DNA of 64,000 nucleotides from Bacteroidales bacterium (GTDB lineage Bacteria; Bacteroidota; Bacteroidia; Bacteroidales; VadinHA17), in NCBI GenBank assembly GCA_034002885.1, contig JAVEZS010000003.1, positions 58,134-122,133 on the forward strand. The letters run 5' to 3'. The notes beneath the pieces are model-generated. The model was given only the letters and a program-made list of their open reading frames with translations. It ran no database searches and was not told the origin of the DNA. Numbering within the stretch: the stretch's first letter is position 1; each line of letters starts with the position of its first letter. Of this stretch, positions 1 through 9,846 are shown in pieces. Made by a program: the position numbers and the translations under genes.

Positions 1-2
1 TC

Positions 3-1208
3 AATTCTGTGATTATCAATAAGCTCAGAACTTTTCTCTCGCTTTTTGGCATAACGATTGGCATCTTCTGCATTATTTCGGTTTTCACTGTTCTCGACTG
101 GATGGAGAAGTCGATCCGCGACAGTATTAATTCGATGGGCAGCAATGTGATCTATGTTCAGAAATACCCATGGTCGTTCAGCGGTGATCTTGCATGGTGG
201 GACATAATAAGGTGGCCATCCATTTCAATGGATGATTTCCGCGCGTTATCTGACCGTTCTCCAAAGACTGAAGCTCTTTCCTTCATTGCCGCCAGGGCCG
301 ACAGGATAAAATACAAGAACAATGTGGCCAATGATGCAGTAATTGCGGCCGTAACATCGGATCTCGAGAATGTTGTAAATTTTGAAATTGAAAAAGGCAG
401 GTACTTTTCTCCCTACGACCTTACGAACGGAGCGAAGGTTGCCGTTTTGGGTGCGGAAGTTGCGGAGAGGCTTTTTGACGATTCCGACCCCATTGGCAGT
501 GAAGTAAAGATCGCGGGTTACAAAACAACAATCATCGGTGTCCTGAAAAAGGAAGGACAGGGAGGAATAAGCCTCAGCAATGTTGATCAGCTTACTTTGG
601 TGCCTCTCAATTTCGGAAGAAATTTTATCAATATCCGGAACCGTTTTATCGATTCACAGATTATCATGAAAGCCAAAAACGGGATTTCCGCTCAGGAGCT
701 TTCCGATGAGGCAACAATGGTTTTAAGGGCTGCCCGGAGGCTGAGGCCTACAGAGACTTCCAACTTCTCGGTAAATACCGCCACGATGCTTTCGCAGGGG
801 TTTGAGGCGGTATTTAAGGGAATTAACATAGGAGGATGGATAATAGGATGTTTTGCTATCCTTGTAGGAGGTTTCGGGATCGCAAACATAATGTTCGTTT
901 CGGTACGTGAAAGAACTAATATAATAGGTATTCAGAAGGCTCTGGGGGCAAAAAGGTCTTTCATTCTTCAGCAATTCCTTACCGAATCGGTCCTTCTCTC
1001 TCTTACAGGCGGTTTTCTTGGTCTTGTTCTTATCTTCATCGGAACCCTTGTGATAAACTACCTTTACGATCTCAACATGTTCCTCACAGCCGGAAATATT
1101 GTACTTGCCCTCTTTATATCCGGACTTATCGGCATTGTTGCCGGATATGCTCCTGCCAATTCAGCTGCAAAGATGAATCCTGTTGATGCAATGGGATTCT
1201 CATTCTGA
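3..1208 (+). CDS. ABC transporter permease, MacB/FtsX family (5' end cut by window edge)
   Basis: Track ORF 9..1208. The frame stays open back to base 3, so the listed GTG is probably internal. It has an N-terminal TM helix (FLSLFGITIGIFCIISVF), a periplasmic loop of about 230 aa, and a C-terminal FtsX-type TM bundle (IQKALGAKRSFILQQFLTES ... NPVDAMGF). Confidence 0.8.
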   Translation, partial: NSVIINKLRTFLSLFGITIGIFCIISVFTVLDWMEKSIRDSINSMGSNVIYVQKYPWSFSGDLAWWDIIRWPSISMDDFRALSDRSPKTEALSFIAARADRIKYKNNVANDAVIAAVTSDLENVVNFEIEKGRYFSPYDLTNGAKVAVLGAEVAERLFDDSDPIGSEVKIAGYKTTIIGVLKKEGQGGISLSNVDQLTLVPLNFGRNFINIRNRFIDSQIIMKAKNGISAQELSDEATMVLRAARRLRPTETSNFSVNTATMLSQGFEAVFKGINIGGWIIGCFAILVGGFGIANIMFVSVRERTNIIGIQKALGAKRSFILQQFLTESVLLSLTGGFLGLVLIFIGTLVINYLYDLNMFLTAGNIVLALFISGLIGIVAGYAPANSAAKMNPVDAMGFSF

Positions 1209-1973
1209 ATTAGCAGCAACCCAGTTCGTAAGCGCAGCAAAATCTTCAACGGAAAGCTGTTCAGGCCTCAGATTAAGAACAGGATTATCTTCATTCACAA
1301 GGTTGAACGAGTAGCTGAGAGAGTTCCTCAGTGTCTTTCTGCGTTTATTGAAACCTGCCTTTACCACTTTAACAAACAGCTTTTCGTCACAGTCAGGTTT
1401 TTGTCTGTCATTCCTTCTCAGTCTGATAACTCCTGACTGTACTTTGGGAGGTGGTGAAAAAAGTGTATTTGATACGCTGAAGAGGAATTCAGCAGAATAC
1501 CATGCCTGAATAAGAACACTGAGAATCCCGTAGGCCCTTGAACCCGGCTGCGAACAGATCCTCAGTGCCACTTCTTTCTGAAGCATTGCAACAACCTCGG
1601 CAACCTTATCCCTGTTATCAAGGACCCTGAACAGAATCTGGCTCGAAATATTATAGGGCAGGTTACCTATTATCGCAAGCTTTCCCGGAAATGAAGTTTC
1701 AAGATCGTATTTAAGGAAATCACCTGCTATTATATTCCTCAGGTCTCTGAAATTCTCCTGCAGGTAATGAAGCGATTCATTGTCTATCTCAATAACCCTT
1801 AGATCCGGGAAATTCCTCTCCAGAAGGAAGGTAGTCAGTATTCCTGTACCGGGGCCGATCTCCAGAACACTCTCATAGCCTTCCCCGGTGAGAGACCCGG
1901 CAATCCTTCGAGCTGTTTCCCTGTCTTTCAGGAAGTGCTGTCCCAGATTCTTTTTTGGATAAACCCTGGCCAT
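1200..1973 (-). CDS. rsmA: 16S rRNA (adenine1518/adenine1519-N6)-dimethyltransferase
   Basis: Track ORF 1200..2042 trimmed to Met24 (MARVYPKKNLGQHFL). That ATG (1971-1973) lies 1 nt after the stop of the upstream ABC gene. SAM-binding motif LEIGPGTGILT and GNLPYNISS are typical of KsgA/RsmA. Confidence 0.9.
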   Translation of the reverse strand: MARVYPKKNLGQHFLKDRETARRIAGSLTGEGYESVLEIGPGTGILTTFLLERNFPDLRVIEIDNESLHYLQENFRDLRNIIAGDFLKYDLETSFPGKLAIIGNLPYNISSQILFRVLDNRDKVAEVVAMLQKEVALRICSQPGSRAYGILSVLIQAWYSAEFLFSVSNTLFSPPPKVQSGVIRLRRNDRQKPDCDEKLFVKVVKAGFNKRRKTLRNSLSYSFNLVNEDNPVLNLRPEQLSVEDFAALTNWVAANSE

Positions 1974-1974
1974 C

Positions 1975-4900
1975 TCAAACCTGTAAGAGTTCGCGTCCGA
2001 ATTTCCTCCATATGGGAAGCCTGAGCGATTCAAGAAAAACAATGAACCGTTTAAGAATATTAAAGTAAAGGGTAACGAACAACCCGGCTGTCATTATCCA
2101 GATAGCTATTACATTAAACAGCAGTGTATCAACCCTGAGTTTACCCAGCTGTTTGTACGGAGCATAGAAATGTGCCCGTCCGTATTTCGATCCCGGCCTC
2201 ATCAGGACCGGATCGGCTTTCTGTATCAGCTTCCTGTCGGTCTCATAAATTTTACTGGTACCAAGGCGGTTAAGGACCATGTTAGCCAGACTCTCGTTGT
2301 AGTCTGCCTCCCTGATTTTCTGAAACTCGGCTGCCCCTATCCTTTGGGTAAGAGCTCTTAGGAGCGAATCCTTCCTGTCCTGGAAAATCCTGTTCCTTGC
2401 ACGGAACACAGTTGTAAGGGAATCGACGTAATTCTTGGTCTCGTCGGCAATAAAATCATTATAGTCTTCATAATTCAGGCTGGAGAACCATTCACCCGGT
2501 TTAACCCCTGACTCGACTGCCAGTTCATTGACATGAAAATTCAGCTTTCTGAAATTTTTTCTTGAATAACCTTCATATTCAGGGTTTTTACCTGCGACTC
2601 TGCACTCATCGGCTTTTACCTTAAGCGTTGGGAGAAGAAATGAAGTATACCAACCAGTCTGGCTTATTTCCATATCGTACTCGAAAAACGGCCTTTCAAA
2701 CCTGTTGCTTTTAAATTCTTCCACCATCAGGGCCTCATATGCCCACCTTGTAACCATAGCATCGCCGATAACGGGAACGTACACTTTTCTGCTTATTGAT
2801 TTGTGGAGATCGTCGAATTTTATCATTGCACCGCCCAGAAGAAGCATGGGAACAAGCAAAAGGGGTATCAGGATGTATATGCTGACCGCAGTCCTCATAC
2901 CTGCTGAAATATTCAGTCCAAGCAAATTCCCGAAACAGGCCGTTGAAAAAAGTATAAGCCATTGCTGAAAGAGCATTCCCCTCACTTCGAGAAGCGTGTT
3001 TGCAACAAGCACGAACGAAAGCGACTGAATAGCAGAAAGGATGAAGAGGAAGTTGATTTTAGAAAACAGATAGCTTGAGCGGCTTATGTTCAGGAATTTC
3101 TCTCTCTCAAGGATCTTCCGGTCCCGGAAGATCTCTTCGGCGCTGACAGTAAGTCCGACAAACAGTGAAACAATAATTGCCATGAACAGGAAAACCGGAT
3201 AGTTCTTGTTTCCTCCGAATGTGTAGACTGTTCCCTCGCTGTATTTCGACAGAAATCCAAGAATGAATGCGAGAAGGGGAACTTCGAGGAGATTAATTGT
3301 CATATACTGGCTGTCGGCCAGTTTTCGTCTGACATTTCTTTTTACGAAGGTCTTAAGCTGTTCAATTTTGGCAGGGACCCTGAAGTTACTTTGCGGAAGT
3401 TTTGTTTTCTGTGTTTCGGAGTCAAATGCAGGCATCATCTTCCGCCTGTATTTATCATTCCATTCCTGGGGATTGACCTGCCTTTCCTTCCCGGGATGAC
3501 CAGCATTGTCGATAACCTTTACCTCAACGATATGAAGTATGCTTTCTGTCTCTATATTTCCGCAGTTGGGGCATTCGCTTTCGGCGGCATTCGCCTGCGA
3601 GGTCTCAGTCTTGAAATAAACCAGTGCTTCAACGGGATCGCCGTCGTAAATCATATAGCCCCCCTTGTCGAGAATCCAGAGCTTGTCGAACATCTTAAGG
3701 ATGTCTGATGAAGGCTGGTGGATAATCGTAAACACGAGTTTTCCGGCCAGTGCCTGATTCTTGAGAAGGCTCATTACCTTTTCGCTGTCGAACGATGAAA
3801 GGCCCGAGGTGGGTTCATCGACAAAAAGTACTCCCGGTTCCCTCATGAGTTCCAGTCCGATGTTAAGCCTCTTACGCTGACCTCCGCTTACCTTCTTATT
3901 CATCACATCCCCTACCTGAAGGTCGCGTATTTCAAAGAGGTCAAGATCCTGAAGGACCTTATCAACAGTCTGATTCAGCTGTTCCTCATTATAGTCGCCA
4001 AAACACAGCTTTGCATTGAAATAAAGGTTCTGATATACTGTAAGCTCTTCGATGAGCATGTCGTCCTGAGGAACGAAGCCAATCAGACCGGTAAGCTTAT
4101 CCGACTCTGTATTAAGGTCATAACCGTTAATGTAGATATTGCCTGAAGTCGGCCTAATCTTTCCGTGCAGCAGGTTGAGCATTGTTGTCTTACCAACGCC
4201 ACTGCCTCCCATCAGTCCGATAAGGTTGCCGGATTCGATCCGGAAGTTCATCTTCTTTATACCGTTCTCAGAGTTCTTGAAGACGTACTCTATTTCTCTT
4301 CCTTCAAACACTATCTTGTCCTGGAACCGTTTTGTAACGAATTTCTTATAGATCCTTGAATAATAGATAGGTTCTATCCCCTGTCCCTTGATATTGACTC
4401 CCCTTTCAAGGAGATAGGGCCGGCATGCAATAATGTCGCGGCCCTTGAAATACAATGCAAGGGTGCCGTCGTATGTAAGGATAAGGGAACCCGTGCTTTC
4501 TATATGAAGCACGAACAAATGTCCCTTGAAACCCTTTAACCTTATGTGCCTCCAGGTTTCATAATTCTTATAATTGCCTGATGCCCAGTATTTCGGATTC
4601 TCGTTTTCGATGACCAGCACGCAATCAGGAGTGACCTCATCGTAGGTCTTTTTTATCATGAAGGCAATGGCATTGTCATATTCCTTCTTTGAAATACTGA
4701 ATGTCCTTGCCACGATATCTATGATTGTCTTTTCCTGTTCGGAGATAAGTCCATCCTCGAAGGCGAATTCAAGGAGCTGAAGGAAAACCACCATTCTCTC
4801 TTCCAGGAAAAGGCCCTTTTTTATCTGACGGCAGATATTTGTTATCTGGAATGTAATAAGTGAATCTTCGTCAGCGAGTTCCGCCCTGTCGACACTCTTA

Positions 4901-5103
4901 AGTTCGTTCGAATAGAATTCAAGGTTATTTTCAAAAAGGGCATAATATTCCTCCTCAAGCTCGCGGTTCAGATATCTCCTGAGGTAGCTTCGCAATATTT
5001 TCTTTCCTCTTGAGGATATCCCGCCAGGATTGATCGTGGAAATAATGGCAAAAATATGTATCAGTGCCAGGAGTACGGATTCCCTCATAGAGCCTGAGAT
5101 CAA
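1975..5103 (-). CDS. ABCG-type ABC transporter (ATPase + ABC-2 permease in one chain) with N-terminal TerB-like domain
   Basis: 1042 aa. The N-terminal ~150 aa is a helical TerB-like region (LLEFAFEDGLISEQEKTIIDIVARTFSISKKEYDNA). ATPase motifs: Walker A GGSGVGKTT, signature VSGGQRKRLNIG, Walker B VLFVDEPTSGL, H-loop IIHQPSS. About 6 hydrophobic helices follow. A C-terminal region of about 200 aa ends in one more TM helix (LLFNVIAIWIMTAGLFVTLYF). Confidence 0.75.
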   Translation of the reverse strand: MISGSMRESVLLALIHIFAIISTINPGGISSRGKKILRSYLRRYLNRELEEEYYALFENNLEFYSNELKSVDRAELADEDSLITFQITNICRQIKKGLFLEERMVVFLQLLEFAFEDGLISEQEKTIIDIVARTFSISKKEYDNAIAFMIKKTYDEVTPDCVLVIENENPKYWASGNYKNYETWRHIRLKGFKGHLFVLHIESTGSLILTYDGTLALYFKGRDIIACRPYLLERGVNIKGQGIEPIYYSRIYKKFVTKRFQDKIVFEGREIEYVFKNSENGIKKMNFRIESGNLIGLMGGSGVGKTTMLNLLHGKIRPTSGNIYINGYDLNTESDKLTGLIGFVPQDDMLIEELTVYQNLYFNAKLCFGDYNEEQLNQTVDKVLQDLDLFEIRDLQVGDVMNKKVSGGQRKRLNIGLELMREPGVLFVDEPTSGLSSFDSEKVMSLLKNQALAGKLVFTIIHQPSSDILKMFDKLWILDKGGYMIYDGDPVEALVYFKTETSQANAAESECPNCGNIETESILHIVEVKVIDNAGHPGKERQVNPQEWNDKYRRKMMPAFDSETQKTKLPQSNFRVPAKIEQLKTFVKRNVRRKLADSQYMTINLLEVPLLAFILGFLSKYSEGTVYTFGGNKNYPVFLFMAIIVSLFVGLTVSAEEIFRDRKILEREKFLNISRSSYLFSKINFLFILSAIQSLSFVLVANTLLEVRGMLFQQWLILFSTACFGNLLGLNISAGMRTAVSIYILIPLLLVPMLLLGGAMIKFDDLHKSISRKVYVPVIGDAMVTRWAYEALMVEEFKSNRFERPFFEYDMEISQTGWYTSFLLPTLKVKADECRVAGKNPEYEGYSRKNFRKLNFHVNELAVESGVKPGEWFSSLNYEDYNDFIADETKNYVDSLTTVFRARNRIFQDRKDSLLRALTQRIGAAEFQKIREADYNESLANMVLNRLGTSKIYETDRKLIQKADPVLMRPGSKYGRAHFYAPYKQLGKLRVDTLLFNVIAIWIMTAGLFVTLYFNILKRFIVFLESLRLPIWRKFGRELLQV

Positions 5104-5153
5104 AAAAAGACCGCAAATACAGTACTTTGCGGCCGGTTATTTATCACAATGAA

Positions 5154-5972
5154 TTATAATATTTGGCCTCTGATGCCTTCTATCGCTTTGGTGATATTGA
5201 TTATATCCTGGTTGGTGAGGCTTGTTGTAAGACCCTCGTAAACAGTATTAATAGGCTGTAGCTTATCAACAAAATCCTTGAGATTGGGATCATCAAGGTA
5301 TGGTTTTGTTATATCAAGGAACAGTTCAAATGACTTCTTCTGTTCGAGAAGAACCTTTGAGATCCCTGCAACCTGATAGGCAGCTTCAGAAACGTGTGTA
5401 GTCAGGTACATCCCCTCAACCCAGGCTCCTCCCACAACGAGAAGTGCAAGAGCCTGCTGGTCGTTTTCGCTAAGATATGCATATGTATTGTTGAATGCAT
5501 CTGTAAGAACCTCAACCAGTTTGTCTCTGTTATCGAAGTTATCCTTGATTTTGTCGTAGAGAGTTTCATCGTAAATAGCCGACATATTCAGATCAGATGC
5601 CAGCGACCTGATTGCATCGAGGTAGTTGATCACCTCCTGCTGAATATTGTACAGCGTTGCGTAGCTGAGGTCAGCTCCGTAGGTACCCAGGTTGATTGCT
5701 TTGCTCGGACTGGTCAGGTATTTTTTTGAGTTCTCAACAGGATTTGAGATCCCGATTATATAACCAACCTCTAGCTCTGAAAGCATTTTGATTACTTCAG
5801 CGGAAGTAGGCAGGGGGTAAACGTTCTTTTCAATCTCGCCTTCCAGGGTCTCAACCTGTTCAAGCTCGACCTTCTTTACCTCTTTCTTTTCAGCCCTGTT
5901 CTTGCAAGAAGTGAGCCCTGAAAAACTCAATATCAGAATCGGAATAATGACAACTGCAACAGCCTTTTTCAT
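5154..5972 (-). CDS. Hypothetical lipoprotein, predicted all-helical, unknown function
   Basis: Signal peptide plus lipobox (ILILSFSGLTSC). I recognise no catalytic motif. It lies 50 nt upstream of, and co-directional with, the TerB-ABC gene. Confidence 0.5.
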   Translation of the reverse strand: MKKAVAVVIIPILILSFSGLTSCKNRAEKKEVKKVELEQVETLEGEIEKNVYPLPTSAEVIKMLSELEVGYIIGISNPVENSKKYLTSPSKAINLGTYGADLSYATLYNIQQEVINYLDAIRSLASDLNMSAIYDETLYDKIKDNFDNRDKLVEVLTDAFNNTYAYLSENDQQALALLVVGGAWVEGMYLTTHVSEAAYQVAGISKVLLEQKKSFELFLDITKPYLDDPNLKDFVDKLQPINTVYEGLTTSLTNQDIINITKAIEGIRGQIL

Positions 5973-6139
5973 TTTATTTATTTTAAGGTTAGATTCTCAT
6001 TTAAAACGCGTATAAAAATAATAAATAATATTAAAATAGACCGCTTAGAGTTAGCTATTTTGAAAATTCGGAAAGAAATAATAAAGGCTTTTGCCCGGGC
6101 ACGGAAGCAGCCACTCAGGATTTAATATTCAAATTTGCT

Positions 6140-6147
6140 TATCTTTG
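6140..6147 (+). promoter_or_regulatory. Bacteroidota -7 promoter box (TATCTTTG = TAnnTTTG) for the aminotransferase-carA unit
   Basis: Exact TAnnTTTG match 22 nt upstream of the ATG at 6169. No well-spaced -33 TTTG was found. Confidence 0.4.
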
Positions 6148-6168
6148 AGCGCCTTAAAAAATACAGTG

Positions 6169-7365
6169 ATGAGATGGAACTTTGATGAGGATATTCAGAG
6201 GGAAGGCACTGACAGTCTGAAGTACGACTTCACAAAAGAAGTATTCGGTACAAGGGATATTATCCCAATGTGGATAGCCGATATGGATTTCAGGACTCCG
6301 GAATTCATTATCAATGCACTCAGGGAAAGACTCAATCATGAAATAATGGGGTATTCCTTCAGGCCGCCTGAATTCTACCGCTCAATAAAATCATGGTTCG
6401 GCAGGAGGCACGGCTGGATCATTGAAGAGGATTGGATATGCTTCAGTCCCGGCATTGTTCCTGCGCTTAATCTCTGCACTCTGGCTTTCACACGTCCGGG
6501 CGACTCGGTGGTGATCCAGCCACCGGTTTACACCCCCTTCTTCGGGGCCGTTGAAAGCCATGGCCGGAACCTTATTCTGAATCCCCTTATAGAAAATAAC
6601 GGAAAATGGACAATGGATCTCGAGGGTCTGGAAAAGAACCTGACCCCCGAAGTAAAGATGGTAATAATCTCAAATCCGCATAATCCCGTCGGACGGGCCT
6701 GGTCAGCTGACGAGCTAAGAGAACTGGGAGAGTTGTGCGTCAGGAAAAACATCCTCATCCTTTCCGACGAGATCCATTGCGATCTGATCCTTCCCGGTTA
6801 CAAACATACTCCCATGGCAGCCTTATCGGAAAAGATAGCTGAGATCACCGTAACATGTACGGCACCCAGCAAAACATTCAACCTTGCAGGGCTGTCGACC
6901 TCATCCCTTATAATTTCCAATCCCGTCCTGAGAAAATACTTCAACTCAAAGATCGGACGCCTTCATCTCGGTAACGGGAATATCTTCGGAACAGCAGCTT
7001 CTGTTGCTGCATACACCTCCGGAGATGAATGGCTCGATGCACTCCTCGGATATATCGGCGAAAATTCAAAGCATGTAACGGAATACTTCGCGAAGTCAGT
7101 ACCTGAGATTATTCCTGTGAAGCCTGAAGCCACGTATATGATATGGCTCGATTGCCGTAAGCTTGGAATGAGCGCTGCTGAACTTCAGGAATTCTTTACC
7201 TTAAAGGCAGGAGTGGGACTGAATGAGGGTTCTTCCTTCGGTCAGGGAGGTGAAGGTTTCATGAGGATGAACCTCGGAACAACCAGAAAGATAATAGCAA
7301 AGGCTCTGGAGCAGATATCAGGGGCTGTTTCTCAACTACGAACAAAGAATCATACTGAAGCTTAA
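6169..7365 (+). CDS. PLP-dependent aminotransferase class I/II, MalY/PatB-type C-S lyase (cystathionine beta-lyase-like)
   Basis: Track ORF 6091..7365 trimmed to Met27 (MRWNFDEDIQREGTDSLKYDF), a typical PatB/MalY N-terminus. The PLP-lysine motif is SKTFNLAGL. Its stop overlaps the carA start (TAATG). Confidence 0.8.
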   Translation: MRWNFDEDIQREGTDSLKYDFTKEVFGTRDIIPMWIADMDFRTPEFIINALRERLNHEIMGYSFRPPEFYRSIKSWFGRRHGWIIEEDWICFSPGIVPALNLCTLAFTRPGDSVVIQPPVYTPFFGAVESHGRNLILNPLIENNGKWTMDLEGLEKNLTPEVKMVIISNPHNPVGRAWSADELRELGELCVRKNILILSDEIHCDLILPGYKHTPMAALSEKIAEITVTCTAPSKTFNLAGLSTSSLIISNPVLRKYFNSKIGRLHLGNGNIFGTAASVAAYTSGDEWLDALLGYIGENSKHVTEYFAKSVPEIIPVKPEATYMIWLDCRKLGMSAAELQEFFTLKAGVGLNEGSSFGQGGEGFMRMNLGTTRKIIAKALEQISGAVSQLRTKNHTEA

Positions 7366-8447
7366 TGAAAAAGTCTTTTACTGTACGGCTTACGCTGGAA
7401 GACGGAACTGTTTACACCGGCAAGTCTTTCGGCGCCGCTATCCCTGCAGCCGGTGAAGTTGTATTCAATACTGCGATGACAGGTTATCCCGAAAGCCTTA
7501 CCGACCCTTCATACAAAGGTCAGATACTATGCCTTACCTATCCACTCGTGGGCAACTACGGGGCTCCAAGGAGAGAGGAAGAAAATGACCTTTATTCTTT
7601 CTATGAATCTGCATCAATACATATTTCCGGTCTGATAGTATCCGATTACTCCTTTGACTACAGCCACTGGAATGCAGAGGAAAGCCTTGACGAATGGCTG
7701 GCCCGCAACAGCGTCCCCGGCATCTATGGCATTGACACAAGGGCGCTTACGAAAAGACTAAGGGAGAAAGGAACGATGCTCGGCAAGATTGAACCCGAAG
7801 GTACTTCAACAGAATTTCATGACCCTAATCTTACGAACCTCGTTGCAAGTGTTAGTACCAGTGAAGTTAAAACATACGGATCGGGACATTACAGGATCAT
7901 GCTTGTCGACTGCGGTGTAAAATTCAATATTATCAGAAATCTTCTGAAACGCGATACGACAATAATCAGAGTTCCCTGGGACTACGATTTCACTGGTGAT
8001 GATTACGACGGACTTTTTCTGACAAACGGTCCGGGCGATCCCAAGATGTGCGGACCTGCCATCGCAAACATTAAAAAGGCTTTTGGTAACGACAGGCCTG
8101 TATTTGGAATCTGCCTCGGAAACCAGCTGATGGCTCTTGCTTCAGGAGCTGATACTTATAAACTCAAATACGGACACAGAAGTCACAATCAGCCTGTTAT
8201 CAGGACCGGCACCAGTAAGGCTTACATCACTTCGCAGAATCATGGCTTCGCGGTCGACAACGACACCCTGGGCAGCGACTGGGAGCCACTTTTCATCAAT
8301 ATCAACGACAGCACCAACGAGGGTATGAAACACAAATTCAATCCGTTCTTTTCCACTCAGTTCCACCCTGAGGCATCAGGCGGGCCGACGGATACAGATT
8401 ACCTCTTCGACGAATTCATTGATAACATAAAAAAAAGGGCTACCTGA
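7365..8447 (+). CDS. carA: Carbamoyl-phosphate synthase small (glutamine amidotransferase) subunit
   Basis: 360 aa. Contains the GATase triad motifs GICLGNQLM and FSTQFHPE. The N-terminal CPSase small-chain domain is present (FNTAMTGYPESLTDPSYKGQIL). Confidence 0.9.
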   Translation: MKKSFTVRLTLEDGTVYTGKSFGAAIPAAGEVVFNTAMTGYPESLTDPSYKGQILCLTYPLVGNYGAPRREEENDLYSFYESASIHISGLIVSDYSFDYSHWNAEESLDEWLARNSVPGIYGIDTRALTKRLREKGTMLGKIEPEGTSTEFHDPNLTNLVASVSTSEVKTYGSGHYRIMLVDCGVKFNIIRNLLKRDTTIIRVPWDYDFTGDDYDGLFLTNGPGDPKMCGPAIANIKKAFGNDRPVFGICLGNQLMALASGADTYKLKYGHRSHNQPVIRTGTSKAYITSQNHGFAVDNDTLGSDWEPLFININDSTNEGMKHKFNPFFSTQFHPEASGGPTDTDYLFDEFIDNIKKRAT

Positions 8448-8469
8448 GGGGCTGAAACAGGTAACTGAC

Positions 8470-9801
8470 TCATTTCATTATCTTTTCCGCAAGCTCGTAA
8501 GCTGATTTGCTTACAAAGGGTTTCATCCTTCCCGAAAAGATCTTTTCAATCTCATTGTTGCAGAGATTACCTATGCTTCCCTCGTGAGAATAATCGCCGG
8601 CAGAGGATTCTTTAAAAGGCTCCGTTCCTATCATCTCCGCCACTTTCCTGTATGCATCCCTGAAAGGAACTCCCTGAATAACAAGCCTGTTGACCTCTTC
8701 TGTACTGAAAATACTATTATAGAGCTGCCTATCGGTCACGCCTTCAGTGATGATGATCCTGTTCAGCATAAAGCCTGTGACGGCAAGTAATTCCTTTGTA
8801 TCATTGAAAGCCCTGAAAAGAAGATCCTTCAATAGCTGGAATTCCCTGTTGTAACCCGAAGGCAGCCCTGATACAACAGAGGCTATCTGTGCCGGGAGCA
8901 TCTGTATCAGGTTTGCCTTCCCCCTTATGATTTCAAAAACATCAGGGTTCCTTTTCTGCGGCATTATGCTCGAGCCGGTTATCAACTCATCCGGAAAATC
9001 AATGAAGCGGAATTCTGCTGTCATAAAAAGACATATATCCATCGCAAAACGCGACAGTGTCTGTGCCACTGAGGCAAGAGCGCCTGCAGAAGCAAGCTCG
9101 GCCTTGCCCCTGTTCAGGCTTGCGTAAGCAGAATTGTAGAGCAGGTCATCAAATTCTAGCAAGTCGGTTGTTATCCTTCGCTTCAGGGGCAGTGCGGAAC
9201 CATAGCCTGCTCCGGTACCAAGAGGATTCCTGTTGTTCAGCGAACGGGCAGCTGACAGAAGCACGACGTCATCGGCAAGCGATTCGGCATACGATCCGAA
9301 CCACAGTCCGAACGATGATACCATTGCCGGCTGCATATGGGTATAGCCCGGTATCAGAACGCTTTTGTGCTGTTCGCTCAGCGAAAGAAGCTGGTAGAAG
9401 AGCCTTTCGATATGTTTTGCAGTATCATCGATAACCTTTCTTGTGTAAAGCCTTATATCGACAAGTACCTGATCGTTCCTTGATCGGCCGGTATGGATCT
9501 TTTTTCCCGTTTCTCCCAGCATGGCGGTAAGATCCGTCTCTATCTGAGAATGAATGTCCTCCACTCCCTCCTCTATCTTCAGGGAACCGCTAACTGCCTT
9601 CAGAAGGAGGGAATGAAGGGCTGAAATGAGTTCCTTCCTTTCGTTGTCTGAAATCAGTCCTGCTTCATTCAGCATCCTGGCATGAGCCATCGAACCTGTT
9701 ATGTCCCACTCAGCCAGGACAAGATCAGTAATCCTGTCATTACCTGAAGTGAATTCTATAACGGAAGGTTCAGGAACGGTTTTCTTCTCCCAGAGTTTCA
9801 T
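8470..9801 (-). CDS. argH: Argininosuccinate lyase
   Basis: 443 aa. Fumarate-lyase family signature GSSIMPQKRNPD, and an N-terminus typical of ArgH (MKLWEK...). Confidence 0.9.
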   Translation of the reverse strand: MKLWEKKTVPEPSVIEFTSGNDRITDLVLAEWDITGSMAHARMLNEAGLISDNERKELISALHSLLLKAVSGSLKIEEGVEDIHSQIETDLTAMLGETGKKIHTGRSRNDQVLVDIRLYTRKVIDDTAKHIERLFYQLLSLSEQHKSVLIPGYTHMQPAMVSSFGLWFGSYAESLADDVVLLSAARSLNNRNPLGTGAGYGSALPLKRRITTDLLEFDDLLYNSAYASLNRGKAELASAGALASVAQTLSRFAMDICLFMTAEFRFIDFPDELITGSSIMPQKRNPDVFEIIRGKANLIQMLPAQIASVVSGLPSGYNREFQLLKDLLFRAFNDTKELLAVTGFMLNRIIITEGVTDRQLYNSIFSTEEVNRLVIQGVPFRDAYRKVAEMIGTEPFKESSAGDYSHEGSIGNLCNNEIEKIFSGRMKPFVSKSAYELAEKIMK

Positions 9802-9846
9802 TTTACAGCATTTTAGTTACAGAGAGTAAAGATAATCAGCAAAGTC

